A stretch of 64,000 bases of DNA from Octopus sinensis (Eukaryota): positions 10,726,001 to 10,790,000 of the forward strand of contig NC_043006.1 in NCBI RefSeq assembly GCF_006345805.1, written 5' to 3'. Shown one piece after another: positions 54,583 through 64,000 of this stretch. A program made the translations under genes and the position numbers. The first letter of the stretch is position 1, and each line of letters begins with the position of its first letter. The notes below the pieces were generated by a model that saw nothing but the letters and a program-made list of their open reading frames with translations, searched no databases and was not told where the DNA came from.

Positions 54583-55239
54583 TGTTATGTCTTCGAATAT
54601 TTGAATATCTTGACGTCAATATATTATGACGACGTTGTGCACAATTGGGTGTAGAATTGGTATTATCTAAATGAAAATTTGGCTATAGATATCTAGATTA
54701 ATCTTGTCCAGAATTAATATGTTTACACAGAGCGTGTCCCGTTCGACGCCAAACGTAGGTAGGATATTAAACTAACACTGTAATCTAATATGAACGATCA
54801 ATACTTTAAACTGTCCGCAGTCAACTATTTTCTTTATTATGAGCACATTGGCTCTAGAAAAAAAGGGGCAATACAAGGACAGACAACACAACACCGTGAG
54901 GTGCATAAAACATATAACGACTGAAATTATGAATATAATGATATAATGAAAAAAGGAAATGTCTTCCCTGCCTTCCACCCGCAGGTAGTGTCATTTAACT
55001 GTTTATGTATCACACATTAACTTACAGTTCATTATTCTTTTTTTTTGCATCGTTTTTTTTTTTTGTTTTAAAAGTCATTATTTTGAAATTTTAAATATTT
55101 CACTTACTTTCATATTACATATTCTATTATTACATATACTATTATATCTTCAAATGCCACCACTTGTGATATCTCGTCGTATTGAACCTGTAACGGCGAC
55201 GTATCAATTTTTTCACCAAATAGTTTCTTTAACTTTTTG

Positions 55240-55283
<44 letters not shown>

Positions 55284-55332
55284 CTCAAGCAAGACCGCCC
55301 TGTCGTCCTCGGTACCCTCTCTCCCTGATACC

Positions 55333-55447
55333 TATTTCTTTACTACCCACAAGGGGCTAAACACTGAGGGGACAAACAAGGACAGACAGACGGATTAAGT
55401 CGATTATATCGACCCCAGTGCGTAACTGGTACTTAATTTATCGACCC
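55333..55447 (-). mobile_element. SINE family A, 3' portion
   Basis: Tail and part of the core. Confidence 0.85.
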
Positions 55448-55449
55448 CT

Positions 55450-56344
55450 GCAGTGGTAGCAGATGGGAGGTCTTCCCTCCACAACCATTCTTAGTTTTAT
55501 ATCCTCGGCCAACACGATTTCTTCTGCTATTTTGTGAAAATTTGGTAAACTTATTTGGATCGTTGTCTCGAGGCTGTATACCCATCAGTTTACCTCTGTT
55601 GTCCTTGTGACTTTCAGGATTTTTGTTTCCTCCTTCGTGCTGAAGAGGATGGCTACCACCAGCCATGCCTCATCGATCTCTGTGGGCACTCTGTTAACCC
55701 TGACTCTGGCCGCACGTTTGCCACAATAGGTTGGGAATAGTTCCCACTCTGACGACCTCAATACCCCAGTGGAGTACTTTATTGCGTCCTGTTCGGCCGC
55801 AAACCGTACCTCCACTGGGCCATACTTCTTTCCCCTAGTGTAGAATGTCGTGAGGACCTTAACCTCCTTTAGACATTCCTCCACTGCTTCCACCGTCGCT
55901 ATTTCTACCTTTTTACTTGATGTTAACAGCGTTTTATAGACTACTGTCCTTTTTGTTACTGTCTCTTGCACTTCCTTTGGCGGTGTCAGCATCAGACTGG
56001 TACCCTCTTTTACGATAAGTTCATTATACTGTTTAACTCCTTTCTCCTCGAATTTCACTTCTCTCACTTGCAATGCGTCCACAGACAAACCTTTCCCGGT
56101 TGCTGCAGCATAACTACCGATTGGTTGTGTTTCCATATTTTCTTGTGTTACAACTTCCCCAATAAATGGGGAAGAGAACAATAAAAAATAACAACTCATA
56201 AAACATTCAACAATAACAATAGGTACAGAATACCTTCAACACTTTTTCTAGCAACCCTCCTCACTAGGATAGCCTGTGGGGGTGCCTGTTTAGTTGCCAA
56301 CAACCCGACCATGCAACACGTTGTACTGGATTCCATGTTACCAG

Positions 56345-56345
<1 letters not shown>
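55450..56345 (-). mobile_element. LINE 5' region with ORF1-like frame (probably L1/Tx1 type)
   Basis: ORF 55585-56199 has SYAAA, VEVRF and RVRVNRVPTEID, typical of L1/Tx1 ORF1; 5' end abuts (GATA)n at 56346. Confidence 0.6.
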
Positions 56346-56436
<91 letters not shown>

Positions 56437-56489
56437 GAGATGCATGTGCGTTATCACATACATATATAAGGAATTTGTATGAGGTGGAA

Positions 56490-56722
56490 GTAAATGTCTC
56501 CGAAAAGGAACTAGACATCCTTTTCTCCGCTATACCGGGTGAACCAACAGCCCGGCATGAGCCACAGACGAGGACAGCGGAATCAGACTCCTTTATACAT
56601 CAAATGTACCAACATACAAGACTGGTGATGTGAAACACCAGACTGAGGAATTCAGGAAGACCGTGGTGGTGCTCCAGCATTACCATGTTCGCATGGCTTA
56701 AACGAGTAAAAGATTAAAAGAA
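56490..56722 (+). mobile_element. CR1/L2-like LINE extreme 3' fragment
   Basis: KELDILFSAIPGEPT...RTAESDS, then tail ggtggtgctccagcat...gtaaaagattaaaag. Confidence 0.65.
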
Positions 56723-56899
56723 TATATACACACACACATACTACCTCACTTTACAAGGACCCGCTTTACAAGATTCCGGGTTTAGGAAATTTAGTTCTCA
56801 ACGAACTTGTATATGGTGAGCGGAAAATTTTTCAAGCACAAGATCCAAAGTTTAGTTTCATCAACCAATTTTGGTTTCTGCTACCATAACGAATGCTTC

Positions 56900-57650
56900 T
56901 GCGTGTTTTATAGAGAACGAAAAATGCTTCTATGCAAACAACTCTAGACTTGTTAAAACGACTGGCTGGATGGATCCTAAGAACATTCAGAACCAGAGAT
57001 AAGAAAACCATGATGGTCCTCTGGCGGACATTTGTCCTCAGCCGCCTTGATTACTGCTCACAGCTATAGTCACCCACCAATGTGAAATTAACAGCGCACC
57101 TTGAAGCAATCCAGAGAAGATTCACAAAGAAAATCGTCTCTTTGCAACAGCTCAGCTACTGGGAAAGGTTGAAACAGTTAAGATTCTACTCCCTGGAGAG
57201 AAGATGGGAGAGGTATGCAGTAATGTATATCTGGAAGATCCTGGAACGAATTGTGCCAAATTTTGGCATTGAAAGTTACACAAATGCCAGAACGGGACGA
57301 CACTGCATACTGCCAAAGATCCCAGCAATGCCATCACGCTTCACGACCAGCTACTGCAACAACCTGGGTTTCAAGGGCCCACAGCTTTTTAATATTCTTC
57401 CAAAGAGTCTGAGGAACGTGCACAAAGTAGATGTAGCGGTTTTTAAAATCAAAGCTGGACATCTTCCTGTCCAGAGTCCCAGATGAACCTACCTCACGGC
57501 AAGAGGTGCAAATGAGGGTAGCTATATCAAACTCCATGCTTCACCAAGTGCCACATATTAGAGGAGGCTCTTTGTAATAACAGTGTAGGACAAAACGGCG
57601 GTGCATCAGCATGGCAGCAGCTCTGAGCTGAAACTAAAAAAAGAAATAAC
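56900..57650 (+). mobile_element. CR1/L2-like LINE 3' fragment
   Basis: SRLDYCSQL, LEAIQRRFTK, YWERLKQLRFYSLERR, GPQLFNILP, VPDEP. Confidence 0.88.
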
Positions 57651-58003
57651 AAAAATGAAAGTCCATATACGAGTGCTTGTGAATCGGTGATCGCGTCTAC
57701 AAGTCATAGAGTGTGCGTGTCTAGAGCAAGTCAAAGGGATTCAGAAAACGATTATAGTAATATTGTTTTTGCAATACGTTATCCTGATATTCTTTTTACA
57801 TTGCGTAAAATATTCTTTACATTCTACTGTTGGCCTATTGCCATTTATTTCCGAGTATTATAAATTTTGTAGTCAAAATATTTTTCCTTGAAGGAATCAT
57901 GATTTATATACATTACTACCATGGGAAATAATTGCTCTACTTTACGATTTTTCGCTTTACGAGCGATCTCCGGGAGCAAATTACCTCGTACATCGAAGCA
58001 TTA

Positions 58004-58118
<115 letters not shown>

Positions 58119-58339
58119 CAAGCACACACACAAGTATGTATAAATGTATGTATGCATATATGTACGTATGTATTATGAATATATACACGTGCGTTGTCAC
58201 ATGCATACAAAAGGAATTTTCATATATATATACACATACATGCATACAAAAGGAATTTTCATATATATATACACACATACATGCATACATATATATATAT
58301 ATACGCATATACATAAATACACACATATATATGCATAAG

Positions 58340-58385
<46 letters not shown>

Positions 58386-58417
58386 TATATATATATATAT
58401 ATATAATATATATATTC

Positions 58418-58471
<54 letters not shown>

Positions 58472-58896
58472 GCGTGTGTGTGTATGTATATATGTGTGCA
58501 TGTACGTATGTATACGTAATTTTGTAACTAAATGCGAGTGAATGAGTGCGTGTCAACATATACCTCTGACGGTGCGTGTTCATGTATGAATGTGTTTCGA
58601 TTGTTCACTTCACACTACAGCTTCCAGTCCTTGTTTATTAGATTTTTCTATAGCTTTTAAATCCTCGACAGTCTAGACTTGAAACATAATTCCCTGTCAT
58701 GGCTCTAGGCCACAAATCTAATCGCAAATCCGAACCATTACATACACTACACTACCTCATTCCATCTCTCTATCTCTGCCTACCTCTCCCTCTATTTTTA
58801 CTCTCATCTCCTTCAATCCCCTACGTTTTATTGTCCTATCTTTCTGTCTCCTTTTCTTGTCTTCACTCTATATACAAACCAATATGTTAATCGATA

Positions 58897-58949
<53 letters not shown>

Positions 58950-59101
58950 TCCATCAATCTCTTTCCCTCTCTCTTTCTCCTCTTCCTGCTTCCTTGTGTC
59001 TGTGTCAGTCGATCACCGAGAGACAACTCCTAATTCAACTACTGCCATTTCCAGTTCATTTAGAACCTTATTACCATATTACTAGCATACATATATGTAT
59101 G

Positions 59102-59139
<38 letters not shown>

Positions 59140-59190
59140 TGTGTATAGATATATATATGTATATATATATATGTGTGTGTGTATGTGTGT

Positions 59191-59223
<33 letters not shown>

Positions 59224-59243
59224 CATGTATATATACACACATA

Positions 59244-59475
<232 letters not shown>

Positions 59476-60405
59476 GCACACACATAAACATATGTAAAAA
59501 GACATGCATATCTGTATATGTAAGTATGTATGTATGTATGTATGTAAGTATGTATGTATGTATGTATGCATGTAAGTATATATGCGTGTATGTATATGAT
59601 ATGTATGTAGATCATGGCGTAATTTCAAACAACAGGGGCCTGAATACACAGAACTAGAGTCTACCAATTTCGTTGAGTTAATGGGTTGACCGTTGAATGT
59701 AGCGTAATATTATCATGAAAACGCAAAGAGTGAAACTGACAGTCGCAGTGTTTTGTATAAGTTTTTACCGAATACGGTTCTTTTCCATACCGAAAATACT
59801 TAGTAAAATTTATTAATTTATTACATTAATAATTCTTTACCCAATATCTGTAATGATTATATTATTCCCTGGTAACAAAACTGCGGATCTCTGTCTGCGG
59901 TACTATCTTGTGACGCACATGGTAATCTTGGAGGAAAATACGAATTCACTCGTCTATATAAGTTTGCATATGCTGACTACCTTGTGTTATGTTCTGATGG
60001 CGCTTGATCAGAAATGCAAAGGGTAAGTTTTCCTAGCATTTTCAAATTTATAATTCTCGAAATATTATGTTGACAAAGGAAATGAATTTTTATAATTCTA
60101 AACCAGAAACGCGTCCATAAATAATCGAAGACTGTTTGATTTCATTATTTTTATTATTTTTACCTATGCGAGTTACAAATATTATCCGTGAAGAAATATT
60201 TTGTAGGAAAAAGAAATAACGGTCTTTTGGCTGTTATTTCTAAATTTTCGGTATGTGGTGAAGCAACTTGTTGCTAAACCCTTAATTATTGTTTTAATTA
60301 TATATAAAAAAAAAACTTTTTGTATAAGTGTTTATCGAATATGTTTCTTTGAAATACCAAAACTACTTGGTAAAATTCTTGACCCTATATCTGTAATATA
60401 TATAT

Positions 60406-60460
<55 letters not shown>

Positions 60461-60554
60461 GATAGTAAAAAGTGAAAAAACTACAGAAGGCTTGTTTTAA
60501 AAGGTTAAAAAATATATATTTGACTCAATATGTCTGAAGAATGTTATCAATTTT

Positions 60555-60745
60555 AGCACGCCGGGCGAAATGATTAGTGGTATTTCGTCTGCTGTTATGT
60601 TCTAAATTCAAATTCCGCCGAGGTTGACTTTGCCTTCCATCCTTTCAGGGTCGATAAATTAAGTACCAGTTGCGTAGTGGGGTGGATCTAATCGACCGGG
60701 CACCGCCCCCAAAATTTCTGGCCCTGTGCCTAGAGTAGAAAGAAT
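60555..60745 (+). mobile_element. SINE family A variant
   Basis: ttagcacgccgggcgaaatg...tgtgcctagagtagaaag. Confidence 0.85.
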
Positions 60746-60884
60746 ATTTCAAGTACATCATACCTATACACGTACGCACACACAGATACATATGCCTACA
60801 TACACATATATATACACGTGTGTTTGATTGTGTGTATGTATGTGTATATATATATATGTGTGTGTGTGTGTTGTATATATATAC

Positions 60885-60930
<46 letters not shown>

Positions 60931-60944
60931 GTATATATATACAA

Positions 60945-61020
<76 letters not shown>

Positions 61021-62019
61021 TTCACCTTGTACGGATATGTTGCAGTATCAAACAGAAGGCTATAAACTTTATAATTTTGGAATGAACTTTTACGGAATCT
61101 TCTTTTTATTGCATTATTCAGTCAATGTAAATAATATTCAATATTCTACTTAATTTGCGATTTTATGTTTCACTGAGTTATATGATTTGGTTTCATCGCT
61201 CCAGGCGTAAAGTTCTCTTTCATATTTCTTCTTTGTTTGGCGGAAAATAATAAAGATACCAGCAGATTTGCTCTGGCGGAAAACAATATATCTGTTGCAA
61301 CTTCTAACATATTTAATATAAAATAACAATAAAATCAAAACTCAGACATAGTTGTTTTTCTATTTACTGGAAATAGGATTTTTTTCATGAAACCAATTTC
61401 GTGTTAATTTACTAAAGCTACTTGGAGTTCTGTCTTTAAGTGGGTGTAATCAACGAGGAAGCAAAACTGGGTTACAGTCCCTGCTTCTTGTAAAAAGAAC
61501 AAGCCTTATATAGCACACTGATGCTAGCCTAATGTCTGGTATTGCATAGAACTGGAACATCAATAAAATATCTGCTGACTACTTCGTGTGAAGATTGTAA
61601 TACGTATGGAACAGTCAATATAATACACATCAGTTCAATATTGAATTCTTAACTGGGCTTAAGATCTCAATAAAATATCTATATCTGTATTAGGTATAAG
61701 GCCTCACATTTCGGTGAATCAAAACGATATGGCTTGACAACAAAAACCTGAAAATTGTGTTACATTCATATATACTTTAACCGAGCGTCAAATAAACTCA
61801 GAAGAAGACAGGGGTGTCAATAAGGACGTAAACATTCATATAGTTATTTGTATATGTATTATGTTCTTATAGCAATTGGTGAAGAATAGGGTCGTTGACC
61901 GCAGGTTCCTAGCTGTAGTGAAGGCTATCTTGTACCAGCGACAAACAATTCCGTCTGTCGTTCTGCCTTTCCGTCGACATATCGAGGTGCCTGCCAGAAG
62001 TATTCCCAGGCATTTATTT

Positions 62020-62170
62020 TTGTTATGTATTTGTCTGAATATTTTTTATCATACCTAATGCGCCTACTATGATAGGGATTATTTCTGTTTTTAGATTCCA
62101 CATTCGAGTTACCTCTATTTCCAGGTCTTTGTATTTTGAAAGTTTCTCCTTTTCTTTTAGAGACACGTTG
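62020..62170 (-). mobile_element. R4/Dong-like LINE, restriction-like endonuclease fragment
   Basis: KEKEKLSKYKDLEIEVTRMW...IPIIVGALG. Confidence 0.8.
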
Positions 62171-62204
62171 TTATTATTAATATTATTATCATTATTATTA
62201 TTAT

Positions 62205-64000
62205 CACAGTTGCTCATTTTTTCTTCTTTCACATTGATCCTGTTGTCACCGGGGCGTGTTATGTCGATTATGATACATGTTCACCACAACAATGTCCGAT
62301 TTCCGATGTCTAGTCGGGTGAAAGCACTGTATCATTGCATCCCACAGGACTTTGCAATTCTCTATTTCGGTGGCTCCTTCTGGAGTTTTCTCATACCACG
62401 TCTTTGCTCTGCAGGCCGCGCTTACTACAAAGCTACCGATGGATCCTTCTTACCACATTGTGTTGGCATCTTCTGCATTCGCGTTGTGCCTATTTCGGGC
62501 ATTCGCTAAGTGCCATACCGCTTCACTCTTCTCACAATACTTTCTGCATTTCTCGCAATCAGTAGTGTTGTCTATTCTGCACTTCATATAGTTGATCCTT
62601 AACGCTTGTTCTTGAGCTGCGCATATGAATGCTTCTGTCTCTATCTTCAGGTCACACCTCCTCATCCGTAGCCACCGCTCCTCTGTATCTGTCTTGGCAT
62701 TCACATCTCTTGCAAACTGACCGTACATTTTCTTTTCCTTCCATGCTACTTTTTTTTCCATTTCTTGTTTAAATTTTTCTTTAGTTACACAATTTTCAGT
62801 GTTGATGAACTTAGCCTTCTTCGTGTGTTTCAACAGTGGCTCCACGGTCTTTTGTATATACCACGATAGGGTGTTTTTCTCTGCTTCGGTGTAGTCCTAG
62901 CAATTGATTAAACCTCTCCCACCCTTTCGTCTGGACAAGTACAGCCTGTCGATGTCACTCTTAGAGTGGAAGGCTCTGTATACTGTCAATATCCTTCTGG
63001 TTTTGGTATCCATTTTCTTCACTTCTCTCTTTTGCCATTTGATAATTCCCGCTCCATACCGAAGTGATGCAATGGCCCACGTATTAACTGCTTGGATTTT
63101 ATTCAATCCAGTCAACTTTGAGCGCAACACCAACCTCTGTCTTCAGAAATATTCCAGCCTCAGATGCTCTTTCATTTCCTTTTCCATTATCTCGTTGAAC
63201 TCTGGTACACCAAAGTAATTGTATACTTCCGTTTCAATTTGTTTAATCAGATCTCCGTTCGGTAATTTTATCTCTGCTAGGGACTTTAACTTTTGAGTCT
63301 ATTCCATTCTAATATCAGTACTAAACAGTGGACAGTGTTCACCAAGGAACTCGCTTTAGTCTCACCCTTGCATAGAGATACAAATGAAATGTAGATGATT
63401 GATTGTTTAGGACGTTTCCTTTAGTTGATAACCCAAGTTCATTTTTCAAAATGCTAACTTCATATTCCTAAATACCAAAGCAGAGAACAAAAAGCAAATG
63501 AAATAGGCTATCACCTTGGAAAATCCAGGGTGCCAAAGCTATTTCCGTAAGATGTTAGTTCAGTTTTCCATCCCACCATACTACTCTTCAGGAAAGACGT
63601 TACATCTCTCGCAATTCCAAGCAGATCTAAGCGCTCGATGATCCGTGAACGTACAATCATATCACAAAGTTTACGATAGTTAATCCAGATCATTCCTATA
63701 TACGCTCTTCGTTTACAATCTTGCATTAACATTTCGTCTAACAATAGTTGATCTTTGGTACCTTTGCATCTCCTTCTACAGCCTTTTTGTTCGGGCGCAA
63801 TAGATCGTTCTCATTCATGAATTTGTACAGTTCTTCAGTAACTTATACAGTAACTTCCACATTGATGGAAGACAGGAAATTGGTCTATAATTGTCAGCAG
63901 CACTTCCCTTTGGTGCATCCTTCAGGCGCAACAACGTTCGTCCTTTTGTCAACCAGCCCGGGAGTTCTTCGTTTCCATTTATCAATGCATAAAATTGCTG
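62205..64000 (-). mobile_element. Decayed R4/Dong-like (RLE-type) LINE: RT, zinc knuckle, start of endonuclease
   Basis: [70 protein letters not shown]; multiple frameshifts; runs off the window. Confidence 0.9.

Noticed and set aside
59919-60027. Short ORF ending at AGG|gtaagt on the plus strand
   Set aside because: No recognisable product or partner exon; donor-like hexamers arise by chance at this scale.

Overview
Repeat-saturated, AT-rich animal genomic DNA with one 100-N scaffold gap. The tRNA-derived SINE families and the extreme (TA)n/(CA)n/(GATA)n/(CATA)n load suggest an octopus (cephalopod) genome; this is an inference. I see no intact long protein-coding ORF, and most ORF-track entries are microsatellite translations. 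Recognisable content: decayed LINEs (CR1/L2-like, RTE, L1/Tx1-like, R4/Dong-like), an internally deleted mariner, Penelope GIY-YIG remnants, about 25 SINE copies in three or four families, and a probable first coding micro-exon (MADPD|GTAAGT) on the minus strand. Most notable is a dense population of short, ORF-less elements, mostly in or beside (TA)n tracts. Many are head-to-head fold-back palindromes (26 bp to 1 kb) from several unrelated families. About 15 minimal type-I hammerhead-ribozyme (HHR) motifs occur in these elements and in unfolded relatives, with self-complementary stem III and reading outward from the fold. One Penelope family appears to link a GIY-YIG ORF end, a tRNA-like Pol III module and a hammerhead. 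All calls were made by eye; most boundaries are approximate to about 10-20 bp.
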